From: Octopus bimaculoides
Lineage: Eukaryota
Assembly: GCF_001194135.2 (NCBI RefSeq)
Contig: NC_068997.1
Location: 5,408,616-5,472,615 of the forward strand
DNA: 64,000 nt
Direction: 5' to 3'
The notes under the pieces were generated by a model, which worked only from the letters and a program-made list of their open reading frames with translations, was not told where the DNA came from and searched no databases. Both the position numbers and the translations under genes were made by a program. This document shows, one piece after another, positions 1 to 12,629 of the stretch. The number at the start of each line of letters is the position of its first letter. Position 1 is the stretch's first letter.

Positions 1-528
1 CATCAGAACTGAGAAAAACTTTGCAGATGTGCATGCAGCTGTGAGAGGAAATTGTTGAATCAGCATCCATGAGTTATCAGAGGATGTGCAGATTAGGTAT
101 GGTTCAGTTCAGTCCATTATCACTGAAAATTTAACTAAGAGATGTGTGTCTGCCAAGTTTGTGCCAAAACTGTTTTCAGCTGAATAAAAAGACACTTGGG
201 TTTCAGCTGTACGAGGTCTTGATTGTGTTGAGAACAATGGAAACGTTTTGAAAACTTTGCTTAGATCTCTGAGCAGGTATCACCAAGCTTTTGGCAAAAT
301 TTGGTGTAGATTCTCTGCTCAACTTTTCTGTCATAGTCAATGCGATGATCACACGCTATACACCTTCCTTCCAAACATGGCTGTAAACAGTGGAAGTGAG
401 CTAGAACATTAAAACTTAGTGTGCATGCACAGCAGAGTTCAAGGTGAATCTGTGCCAAGTAGCTTCACTCTGAGTGCTTTAGCTTCATTACTATAGCAAC
501 AGTCTGGATACTTATTGATCAGACCATG
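1..528 (+). mobile_element. Degenerate, internally deleted mariner fragment (runs off the window start)
   Basis: 1-260 reads as decayed transposase (SIHELSEDV...GSVQSII..CVSAKFVPKLFS). A TIR-like end tggatacttattgatcagaccatg followed by TA lies at about 505-530. Confidence 0.65.
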
Positions 529-3497
529 TATATTCAATTATTTCATTTTAAATTAAATATAGGAAAATTTATAATTTCTAGAGATCATTGAACCTCGTCT
601 TTAAAGGTGGATAATTTAGATATTTACATCTACTTCATGTTTCAATCACGTTTAATTTAATCCTGGATGTGTGCATAGTATCAAACTGGATTTGAACCAG
701 GGATCTTTATTTCTACAGTAAGAGTAATAACAAAGACATATATTCTGTGTGCGTGTGTTGTGTTTTCTCTCCATTTTAAACATTTATTTAGATTTTAATT
801 GTCAATGAAATTATGAATATTTATTACATAAACATATACTAGGCTTAATATGAATACATATGCACAGTGGTTATTTAAATAAATCCTTTTGTAGACACCA
901 GAGTATGATGCAGTCCTTGCATCCATCGGATCCTGTCAACCCATCCAACTCATGCCAGCATGGAACACAGACATTAATTGATGACTGTGTATGCACGTGT
1001 GCGTGTGGTTTATGTATGTTCATTCAATATACATTGTTTTTCATGTTAGCATGGCTTGGACAGAAATTAATTTCAAGATAAGATTTTGCAACCAGATGCT
1101 CTTCTTGTCATCAAACCCTCACCTATTTTTCAGGTAAAGGAATTTTATATTTAGGTTTTTGAAAGAATAGAGCAATCAGTCATAACAGTAACAAAGTATG
1201 TCAATTTTGGCACCATCTCACTCAAACTGTGACAAAAGAAATATCAAGCGTCACACATTTGTACATGTGCACTGATACACACACACACACATGCAGCCTA
1301 AGTCGATCCTGATCAAGAGGAGCTATGATAAAATGTTCAAAACATGGCCATGCTGTTGTCTTCAATCAAATCTATCTAAGAATACATTATTCAATGTGTG
1401 TACTTTTAAATGGTAGTGTATGATCTGAGAGAGAGACTTGGCTGCTGCTACTTGCAAGTCGATCTGTGTATTGCAGACGTAGGGTTAGACAATAGCATCA
1501 ACAACTGAGACAAAGAATCAAATATATGGTAAAGACTGGGAGATGAATTTTCTGAGAGAAAAAAGAGAATCACTAGGAATGAGAAATAACCAATAACTGT
1601 AGTTTAGTCACATGACAACCTGAATGGAAGAGACTATAATTAAAGACCGCCTAGCCTTGTCCAAATGAATTTTCAGACAGTGTACCAATGGCTTCACTGT
1701 GTCCTTCCTTTAAGATAGTCATAAAATCACCCTCAAACCACTACTAACAATATAGAGACTCTTGTTGGCTGAGAAACAATTGTATTGTAATATATTATAA
1801 TGTATTGTAATATATGGTAATGTATTATAGCATAATGTACTGTATACTATAATGCATTTTAGTATATTATGACATCTTGTAATATACAGTGGCACATGAA
1901 CGAAATTTGCTTAGGTGGGTGCAAACCCAGGTCCAAAAATTTTTACAAACAAGGTCTTTTTATTTTTTGTTCTTTGAGAAGAAACCTAACTCCAAGCTAC
2001 TTTTTACTCACTGTTTTCTAAACCTGAGAAAAGTAAATAGGGGTGCAAATTTTGATTTTGTACCCCACAAAAATTCTATGGGCTGCGCTTGCACCCCCTG
2101 TTACCAGGCCCATGGCAATATATTATAATTCGTTAAGGTGGCAAGTTATCAAAATGCTTAGTGGCATTTTGTCTGTATGTTCAAAGTTCAAATTCTGCTG
2201 AAGTTGACTTTGCCTTTCGTTCTTTTGGGTGNNNNNNNNNNNNNNNNNNNNNNNNNNNNNNNNNNNNNNNNNNNNNGGGTGGGGTGGGGTGGGGGTCAAT
2301 AAAATAAGTATCAGTTGGACACTGGTAACAATGTATTCAACTTACCCACTCCCACAAAATTGTTGGCCTTGTGCCAAAATTTAAAAAAAAATATTATGTG
2401 TTATACTATATCAGAATGTATTATAACAGATTATAATGTATTATAGTATATTGTAATGCATTGTATTCTATTGCAATCTACTGTAGTAGATTATAAAAGG
2501 CCCAAGAGAGAAAGGAAGGGCAATAAGTTGATCCTGGCATAGAAAGAGTATCTTCAAATATCACCAAACCAGCAGAGGAAGTTGAACTTCCAAGAGAACA
2601 CAAAAGCTGAGGTATCTAGCAAATATGGAGACAGTAGCCTAAATAGGGATTTCACCACAGCAAGCGTGACTTGAGAGACAGCAAAGAGTGAGGAGGGTTG
2701 GGAGAATGAAATGTGAAGAAGAAACATTGTGCCCCATATGTTCCGTAAGATCGTATTTTTTATATTTTACTTGTTTTAGTCATTGGACTGAGGCCATAAT
2801 AGAGCACTGCCTTGAAAGGTTTAGTCAAATCAAGCCCAGTGCATATCTTTTTTAAAGCCTGGTACTTAATCTATCAGTCTTTTTTGCCAAACTGCTAATT
2901 CACAGGAATGTAAACAAACCAACACTGATTGTCAAGCAGTGGGGTGAGGGACAAACAGACACATACATAAAAATACACACTCAAACACACAGATATTAAA
3001 ATGGGTTTTTCTCTGTTTTTGTCTATTGAATCCGTTCAAGGTTTTTGGTTGGCCTGGGCTTATATTAGAAGGCACTTGCCCAAGGTGCTACAAAATGGGA
3101 CTGAACCTGGAACCATGTGGTTAGGAAGCAAACTTCTTACTACACAGCCACATCAATGTAAAAAATATTAATGGTTATGATAGAGAATATACAGTTGAGT
3201 AAAGATAATTTTAAGAGAAAAACACAAAATATTTGGAATTATCAATTCTGGTTGGAAGTTTTAAAACCAAACAGCTATTATTTCATTTGTATCAGTTTAA
3301 AAAAAAAAATTCTGTACATATGTTGAATCCTTAAGTTTCATAAAAAAATATTAGGGGTTAGATAATACAAAATACATAATAAAAACACCAAAATACAAGC
3401 AAACACACTGGTCAATAAAAACAACAGACATAAGCTATATATATATATATATATATGTGCAAGCATCAAGAAGCGGACAATTATAACAAGAAAGCAC

Positions 3498-3499
<2 letters not shown>

Positions 3500-3546
<47 letters not shown>

Positions 3547-3558
3547 TCTGCTACGATA

Positions 3559-3603
<45 letters not shown>

Positions 3604-3766
3604 GTAGTAGTAATAATGATAATAAAAGAGTATAAAAAGTGGCTTACATTCTCCTGACCTCTTGATGCCTTCTGTATGAGCAGATAGATAGAGAAGGGGA
3701 TTAAGGGTCAGATTTAGGACATTTGTGGTAGTAAATGCAAACAAAAAGTAGTTCAGTGTTTATGTG

Positions 3767-3801
<35 letters not shown>

Positions 3802-3862
3802 CCAGAAGTATGGTAGAGGTAGGACAATGACCATCAATGACTTGGTTAATGACACAATATAA

Positions 3863-3905
<43 letters not shown>
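3500..3905. repeat. Simple-repeat cluster: A45, (AAT)n, (TA)n, (CA)n
   Basis: Seen directly. Confidence 0.95.
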
Positions 3906-3907
<2 letters not shown>

Positions 3908-6900
3908 CCACACAAAGGATGAATATATTAAAACCAACTGCCGACACTGTCGCTATTAGCAACCAGCACAAGTTATAATCAGAAGCTGAAGAGGATTAAG
4001 AGAAAACAACTAGAGCACCACCACTTCCACCAGCAGCATGAGTGACAGATTTGAAATCAATATTTTATTAACCCCTAATTGTGAGAAGTTAGACATGACT
4101 ATGACACACAATCATTCCTTTCCACTGAGTAGCCATGGTTGTGGGGTTAAGAAGTTTAATTCACAACCAATGGATTCTGGGTTCCGTTCCAGTGCACAGC
4201 ATCATGGACATCTTTTACTATAGCTATGAGTTGACCATGACTTTGTGAATGGCAAACAGCTGGTGGAAACTGCAGAAGCTCAATACACACAAACACAGCA
4301 TGGTCAAGAAGTTAACTTCTCAATCTCATAGTTTTAGGTTCAAACCCACTCAGTGACACTTTGGACAAGTATCTTCTACAACAAATAGCCCATGTTAACC
4401 AAAACCTTCTCAGTGGATATGGTAGATAGAAACTGAAACTTGAGTGTGCATGTAGGCTTGCATTTGCACTTCTCCCAAAGCTGCTCAGCTGTGGGCAATG
4501 ATGTTCCTGTAATTTCTCCTATTAGCAGGTGATCACAGGTTTTGTACCTTCAAAGTTATGTGGAATAAAATATTCCTAACTTGAAAAACAGATGAGGATG
4601 GGAAGGGATCCAGCTGTAAAAGAATGTCTTAATGTATTCATCCAATCCATGATAGCATGGTAAAATGGACATAAAAAAAAAAATGAAACATCCATGTTCC
4701 ATGCTGGCATGGGTTGGACCATTTGACAAGATCCAACAGGTTCAATGACTGCATAGTGCTCCACTGTCTGCTCTGGGAGGATTTCTACTGCCCTTCCTAG
4801 TGCTAACCACTTTACAGTGTGTAACGGGTGCCTTCTTTGCGTTACCAGCATGAGTAAGGTCACTATGCAGTCTGAAGAATTACAAGCCCCAAGATAAGTG
4901 ACGTTATGCTAGGAAATGAAAGGTTACAGTTTGAGAGAAAGGGCCAAAGCAGAACAGAATCTTGCTGTAGAGGAGCTACATGACTACTCACATTTTAGAA
5001 AGAGAGTGGTGGTGATCAGGGTAGAGCAGGAAAGAAATAAAATAGTGGTGATGCAATGTGTGTATGACACTCAAGGTATGAGATGAATAGAAGTTAATGG
5101 AGGAAGAAGAATCAGGACAGCGAGTGGGTAGTGGTTGCAAGAGTGTATGAGAGAGTGAGAGATGAGGGAAGTAAACATAAAGAATGCTGAGTGCATAGGT
5201 AAGGAAGAGCAGAAGACAACTATAGAGATTGGATAGGGTTGAGGGAGGTAGATATAATGAATGATGGGAAGTGACCAATGATGCATGGGGTTGAGAGCAG
5301 CAGAATAGTAATGATGATACAGTATACAGGGAAAGGGTGAGAAGGAGAGAGAGAAAGATGATGAGTGGTTGGATAGATTGTGAAAGTGTGGGGGCAGGAG
5401 AGAGAAGTAGGTATAGTGCATGGTGATAGATAGATAGATAGATAGTAGAGAGAGAGAGATATGGTGGTGGAGAAGACAAATGATTTGGCAGCTTGAGGAG
5501 GAGACACAGTAAAGTGTTGATAGAAAGGGCAGTATTGGTTTCAAATTTTGGCACAAGGCTAGCAATCTTGGGGGAGGGTGTAAGTCAATTACCTCGATCC
5601 CAGAGTCCCACTGGTACTTCTTTTATCAACACTGAAAGGATGAAAGGTGAAGTCAACCTTAGCAGAATTTGAACTCAGAATGTGAAGACAGACGAAATGC
5701 TGCAAAGCATTTTGCCCAACGTGCTAATGATTCTGCCAGCTCGCTGCCTTATGAGAGGACAGTATTAAGGGTGAACATTGCCAAAGGTTAGTGGTATCAA
5801 GGAAAAATTGCAGTTGGAGAGATGAAAGGTGGTGGGAGTGTCTTGAGGTAGGAAATTCGGTAAAGGGCCCTGCTGTACATGCACACACAATGCTTCTGGT
5901 ACCACCAATCATCTCGGTACCCTGTCATCTCCTCCAAGAGTTTAAATATGTGTCTGTGTATGTTTATATCTTTTGTCGTATACTAGTGAAGAATACAAAC
6001 ATCAATGAAAAACTAGTGCTCTTCAAACTGTTCACAAACATGCCTCCCTTAATTAACTGTCATAAATACACTGAACCAATGATTGGCTTGACGTAAACCA
6101 GTAATCAACAATAACACAATTGTGATATAAAATTATAAAACAGATTGAAGAACTTGTAGGGTTTGAGATCTCTTTAGTCCTGTCTTTCAGAGAGATACTC
6201 AATTTTTCTAGTGTTGCTGCTATGTGAAAATGCACCCAGTACACATGGCAAAACTGTTGGTGATGGAAAGGGAATCAAATTATAGAAACCTAGTCAGAAT
6301 ATGTATGAACACATATATAAGGGAACAGCAGCTCCCCATAAGAAATGACATGAACAATGCCTCCAACTCATGCCAGCATGGAAAATAGACATAAAATGAT
6401 GATGAGATTAAATATCAGACCAAAGTCAGTCATGTTTAAACTATATATANNNNNNNNNNNNNNNNNNNNNNNNNNNNNNNNNNNNNNNNNNNNNNNNNNN
6501 NNNNNNNNNNNNNNNNNNNNNNNNNNNNNNNNNNNNNNNNNNNNNNNNNNNNNNNNNNNNNNNNNNNNNNNNNNNNNNNNNNNNNNNNNNNNNNNNNNNN
6601 NNNNNNNNNNNNNNNNNNNNNNNNNNNNNNNNNNNNNNNNNNNNNNNNNNNNNNNNNNNNNNNNNNNNNNNNNNNNNNNNNNNNNNNNNNNNNNNNNNNN
6701 NNNNNNNNNNNNNNNNNNNNNNNNNNNNNNNNNNNNNNNNNNNNNNNNNNNNNNNNNNNNNNNNNNNNNNNNNNNNNNNNNNNNNNNNNNNNNNNNNNNN
6801 NNNNNNNNNNNNNNNNNNNNNNNNNNNNNNNNNNNNNNNNNNNNNNNNNNNNNNNNNNNNNNNNNNNNNNNNNNNNNNNNNNNNNNNNNNNNNNNNNNNN

Positions 6901-8649
6901 NNNNNNNNNNNNNNNNNNNNNNNNNNNNNNNNNNNNNNNNNNNNNNNNNNNNNNNNNNNNNNNNNNNNNNNNNNNNNNNNNNNNNNNNNNNNNNNNNNNN
7001 NNNNNNNNNNNNNNNNNNNNNNNNNNNNNNNNNNNNNNNNNNNNNNNNNNNNNNNNNNNNNNNNNNNNNNNNNNNNNNNNNNNNNNNNNNNNNNNNNNNN
7101 NNNNNNNNNNNNNNNNNNNNNNNNNNNNNNNNNNNNNNNNNNNNNNNNNNNNNNNNNNNNNNNNNNNNNNNNNNNNNNNNNNNNNNNNNNNNNNNNNNAT
7201 ATGTGTGTGTGTGTGTGTGTGTGTGTCATTGCTATTATGTTAAATTGTCGTATGTCCAAATTTGGCCAAATGCATTTTTTTCAATATTTAATTTTGCTTG
7301 CAAGCCAGTTCTTTTGGTCAAACTATCATATCTCCAGCTACTTCAGATGAAAATTGTGAAAATGAGGTACAACGGTATAGAATTTTTCAAAAGTAGTAAA
7401 CCTCCGCATACGACACTTTTGCAAAAATATTTCTGACTGAAAATATCATACATGCATGGAGTCATGATTTTATGCACCAAACAAATTATTATTGTTAAGC
7501 TGAAACTGTTGCTAATGTAAAAAGAAGTGGAATGGTGAGACTATTTTTTCATTTTCTGAAAAAGCAACATTTTGGACTTACAGCACTTTTGCTTAGTAGC
7601 AACAATATATATATATTAGTGTTTTCACAACTGACCAACACTCCAGCAGACATTAGCTGAGCAAGTGCACAATAGTCAATTTGAAATGACCACAATGGAT
7701 AATGACTGACCCTACAATGGACTGTGAACTGATCAGTCCCACAATGTGCAGTGTGAGGTGACCAACCTTGCAATAATACATGTTAAGAAGATAGGAAAAC
7801 ATTTTAATAAATTTCAATAACAAACTGAGAGAGTGAGTACAATGTGTCCAAGCTATGACAGAAGAGAAAGTTAAGTCTATTGTCCAATTCACACTTCACA
7901 GCCTAATTTCTGGAGTCCAGAATATGCAAACTTCAGTTAAACAGCCAAGAGGTCAATAGTCTATTAGTATTGAGTCCATCCCCACAACATTCACAGATGG
8001 CTCAATCTAACTTGCTGTAAACAGAAACAACATCCTACTGTAAACAGTGGGAGTACCGTTAGTATAACTTTATCTAGTGTCTCCCTTCCACATCCCTTTT
8101 TCAAAATAGAAGAGTGTCATCAAAGAAAATTTGGCTGCTATTTCTAACAGGTCATAGAGACTCCCTTGTTGATTATGATGAGGGTAGATGTAGGCAGTCA
8201 GAGAGAGAGAGAGGATTATTATTTTAGAGGAGAGAAAAAACATCCCCTCCTCCAACATAAACAATTCTGAGAATAAAGGAAACAAAAGAAAACACCAAAC
8301 AACAAGCCCCAACACAATCAATAAGAGACAGGCCAGGTCTGTAGTAAAATATTAAGTAGAAAACATTTTGTTGTTCCATCAAACTTGGTCGCAATGATTG
8401 ACATCTCAATTATATATTCATTTAGGTATCAGTCCTGCACTGGAGTTGTTCTGAAGCTGACTATAACCATTCTCTTCCAATTTTGTTGCCTTAGTCCTAT
8501 ATTTTAAAACAATTATTTGCTTTATATTTCAACATTGCCATAATACTACTTTAGAAAATTCAATAGTAGTTAGTGAAGAATTGTCTAACAGACATTATTG
8601 CTATGAAGAAAGAAGAGCATTCAGAGTCTTATTGTTGTTATTGTTAAGG

Positions 8650-9720
8650 TAGTGAGCAGGCACAATTGTTAGCATGTCAGGCATTCTGAGTTCAAATTCC
8701 GCTGAGATCGACTTTGCCTGTCATCCTTTTGGGGTTGATAGAATAGGTTGCAGCTGACTGCTGGGGTTGATGTAATATGGCTTACCCCCTTCCCTGAACT
8801 TATTGGCCTTGTGCCAAGATTTGAAACAACAACAACAAAAAGTCTTTCTCATTTTGGCACAAAGCCAGCAATTGTGGGAAGAGGTGACAAGTAGATTCCA
8901 TTGACCCCAGTACTTAACTGTTACTTTATTTTATCAATACTGAAAGCATGAGAGACAAAGTTAATCTCTGCAGTATTTGAACTCAAAATGTAAAGATCTT
9001 AAAGAAATGCCACTCAACATTTTGTCCAATGCACTAATAATTCTGCCAGCTCATTGACTTGCTTATAATAACTTTTCTTTCCAATTTTGGCACACAACCA
9101 GCAATTTTGAGGAGTAAGTGGATGTGTCCATCACATAAACCTCAGTACTTAACTGGTACTTTACTTAAATAGACCCTGAATGGATGAACGGCAAAGTTGA
9201 CCTTAGTGGAATTTGAATTCAGGAAGTAAAAAGCTGGAAGGAATGCCATTAAGCATTTTGTCTGACACACTAATGATTCTGCCTTGTTTATAATTTTTTT
9301 TCTTTCTTGTGTGGTCTGAAATTTTGTGGGAGAGGGCTAGTTGATTATATTAACCCCCAGTGCTCAACTGGTACTTATTTTATCAACCCTGAAAAGGAGA
9401 AAGGCAAAGTCAATCTCGGCAACATTTGAACTCAGAACATAAAACTGGAAGAAATGTCAAGAAAGATTTTGTCTAACATGCTAATGATTTTACCTTACTA
9501 CTAATGATAATGGCTTCAAATCTAGGCACAAGGCCAGCAGTTTGGGAGAATGGTGTAAGTCAATTACATCAACCCTAGTATTCAACTGGTACTTGTTTTA
9601 TCAACCTCAAAAAGATGAAAGACAAAATCAACCTTAGCGGAATTTGAACTCTGCATAAAGACAGATGAAATGCTACTAGGGATTCGGTCCTGCAGGGTAA
9701 TAATTCTGCCAGCTTACCAC
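8650..9720. mobile_element. Cluster of tRNA-derived SINE family A (one + copy, then 4 or more - copies)
   Basis: Repeated ggcagaat..gttagca..ctgagttcaaattc..gactttgcctttcatcct..aagtaccagt..ggccttgtgccaaaatttgaa modules separated by short (taa)n. Confidence 0.85.
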
Positions 9721-10819
9721 CTTAATAATAATAATAACAATAATAATAATAATAATAATAATAACAATAATAATATTTGGTTCTAGTATAGACAATGAAC
9801 TGATACAAGTCGCAATTGGCAGAGTTGGTAGAGTATTAGACAGAATGCTTCATAGTATTTGTTTCAACTCTGCATCATGAGTTCAAATCCTGCCATTGTC
9901 AACTTCATCTTTCAACCTTTTAGGGTTGATATATATATAAAAAAAAGGTACCAATCAAAGGCAGTGGATTAGCACAGCTGTAAGAACGTCAAACCAGTTG
10001 TGGCCGGACAGTCTTACATTTACAGTATTGGTTCCAGTTCTTTGTATTCTGAATTCAATTTCTGCTATGGTTCACTTGGCTGATACACTTAGCTAGTCAC
10101 TTGGTTCAATACTATCACCTGGCTCCTAGAGTGCCTTTACCAGATTTCACTCTACTGCAAGCAATCAGGCCAGATTTCTGGCTCAAAGTTAACTTCCTTC
10201 CTACCTATACCACTATCCCAGAGACCCAATAAAGGGTCATGGCCCTGCCTTCCCTTCTGATTAACAGATTAGCAAGATAAAAGAAGGGGTACAAGGTTTA
10301 AAATTTAGGAAAGGCAGGGTACTCAATCTGACTCTAGTAGTTAACTGCTACTTTATTTTATTGACCTCAGAAGGATTTGAATTTGGTATAACAATATTAC
10401 TGAGGCTTTCTAACTTGGCACAAAGGTTGATTAAATTGTCCTCTGTACTTGGTTAGTGCTTATTTTGTCCTTTTTTGATGGGTAAAAGGCAAAGTTGACT
10501 CTGAAATCCCAGAACAATAACTATTCCAAAAATGATACAAGAGCCACAAATTTGGTAGTGATGGGGAGGGGGAAGTAACACAATAGATTAAATCAACACC
10601 AGTACATTGTCTAATATTTGTTTTTATCAACCAAATGTACTGGTTTTAACCATAGAAACGCTGCAATAGCATAAATGTACAAATCTAGTAATTCTACCAA
10701 TTTACCACCACCACAGTAAACACTATTGGGTATTTTGTTCAGCAATTAGAGAATTCTACCAATTTTCTACAGGAATGGAATGGAGTGGTGTGTGCGTGTG
10801 TGTGAGAGAGAGAGGGGGG

Positions 10820-10858
<39 letters not shown>

Positions 10859-11339
10859 AGAGAGAAAGAGAGAGAGAGAGAAAGAGAGAGAGAGATTTGA
10901 TTGCAATAACCTTTCTAGTATACTACTAGTATTTTATCAAAGCCAGGGGAATGAAACAGAAAAATTGATAACTGAACTCAGAATTTTGAATTAGAAAAGT
11001 AAATATAGTAAAGCATTAGTAAATTTAATTAACTCCACCAGTTGACCAGTACTTTATTTTATTGACCACAGGAGGATAAAAAGACATAGCTGACCTTAGC
11101 AGAATTCGAACTCAGAATGTAAAGAGTCATGACTAAATACAGCAGGGCTCAACCAATTCTGCCAGTTTACATAGTTAAAGGGCCAGGGAAGTCATGTGTT
11201 CACCTCTTCAGCAAGACACCTGTTCTTGTCTATCTATCATACTTTCACATCCTTCAATACTATACCCCACTCAGTTGAGGGGGTCTTGTCTTGTAAGTAC
11301 TTAGTGACCTCACTATGAGAGAAAAAAAGCACCTAGTGC

Positions 11340-12150
11340 ACTCATCATCATCATTTAACGTCTGCTTTCTATCATGCTGGCATGGGTTGGACAGTTTGAT
11401 TGAAAATTGGTAATCACGGGGGTGGGGGGCTGCACCAGATCCAGATCTGATTTAGCAAGATCTCTACAGCTTCCTAAGGCCAACCACTCTAAGAGTGTAG
11501 TGGGTGTTTCTTTGTGTGCAACCAGTACAGGTGCCATTGACCTGACACTGGCATCAGCCACAACTATAGTCTCACTTGGCTTGACAGGTCTACACAAGTA
11601 CAGTATATCACCAAAGGTCTTGGTCACCTGTCACTGCTTCCATATGGCCCAATGCTCGACCAGTGCTTTTTACATGCCACTGGCATGGGTGCCAGTCAGA
11701 CGGCACTGTTATCAGCCACGACTACTATTTCATTCAGTTCAACAGGTCTTCATAAGCACAGCATATTGCCGAACAATTGAAGGGTGCTTTTAACAGGCAG
11801 TTACACAACACTGGCATCAGCCATGACTACGATTTCATTTGGCTTGATGTTACTGCCTCCGTAAGGCTCAATCCCTGAATGGTGCTTTTTACATGCCACT
11901 AGCATGGGTGCCAGTCAGACAGCACTGGCATTGGCCATAACTAGTTCGACAGATCTTCACAACCACAGCATATCACCCAACGATTGAAGGGTGCTTTTAT
12001 ACATGACATTGGCATCGGTCCCAACAATGTAATTGGCATTCAGCAGTAGAAACTATTCCAAAGCAGACACTGGAGCTTGATGCAGCCCTCTGGCTCAGAG
12101 GTTCCTGTTGAATCACTCAAACCATACCAATGGAAGTTAAATGGTGATGA
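11340..12150. mobile_element. Copies of repeat family C (tail catgccagcatggaaa..gacgttaaatgatgatg) with internal tandem modules
   Basis: The tail recurs at about 4690, 14575, 21915, 24220, 29820, 41955 and 45590. The module tgccactggcatgggtgccagtcag repeats at 11670-12020. Confidence 0.7.
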
Positions 12151-12553
12151 TAAAACCCCAGGAGTGGGAACAAAGGATCAAACTGAGCCCTCTATTTGAC
12201 GTATTTTATTGACCCCTGAACAATGAAAGAGTTGATCTCCCGTGTAACAAATGAAACTAAACGTAAAATATTTCGTCTGATGCTCCATTATTTCTCAGCC
12301 TTAATTATGGTAATTATGATAGTGATGGTAGTAATAAACATTATGTTGTTGAAGACTGAGTCTTTGGATTGGTATGATGTGCAACAATCCAATCTAAATA
12401 CAAATTAATCTGTTTAACTGTAATCAAACTCACAACAACCTTCTTTCAGTCAAAGTATAAAGAATTTGTGAAGGAAGAGTATCACTATCTGACCCCATGG
12501 GTAGCGTAAATAAACACAACAGAATATTCACTACAAGTGCTGCTGCTGCTTAC

Positions 12554-12629
12554 CTGCGACTGCTTGGACAGTGAACTGGCCAAATATTCAGAAGGCAGAG
12601 AGTCTGTATCAGATGCGGTCTTCTTATCT
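12554..12629 (-). CDS. HGS: HGS coding exon 8, post-FYVE linker (DKKTASDTDSLPSEYLASSLSKQSQ)
   Basis: cttcattgcag|A GAT...TCG CAG|gtaagc, 76 nt, phase-compatible with exon 7. Aligns to human ELPPEYLTSPLSQQSQ. The downstream UIM exon was not found in 1-12553. Confidence 0.93.

Noticed and set aside
2277-2296. G-quadruplex motif GGGTGGGGTGGGGTGGGGG
   Set aside because: It lies inside a SINE copy next to an N gap, so its length is unreliable and nothing suggests function.
3500-3544. A45 tract as the tail of a processed pseudogene
   Set aside because: No upstream coding or SINE body and no TSD; it sits in a simple-repeat cluster.
4988-5565. 188-aa and 164-aa minus-strand ORFs
   Set aside because: Low-complexity purine-rich tract giving Leu/Ser/His-rich translations, with no domain motif or convincing splice sites.
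6357-7436. 359-aa and 272-aa ORFs
   Set aside because: Almost entirely an N gap. A missing HGS exon could be hidden in the gap but cannot be seen.
1-12553. HGS UIM exon (QEEEELQLALALS-like)
   Set aside because: Searched by eye on the minus strand and not found; it probably lies upstream of position 1 or in a gap.
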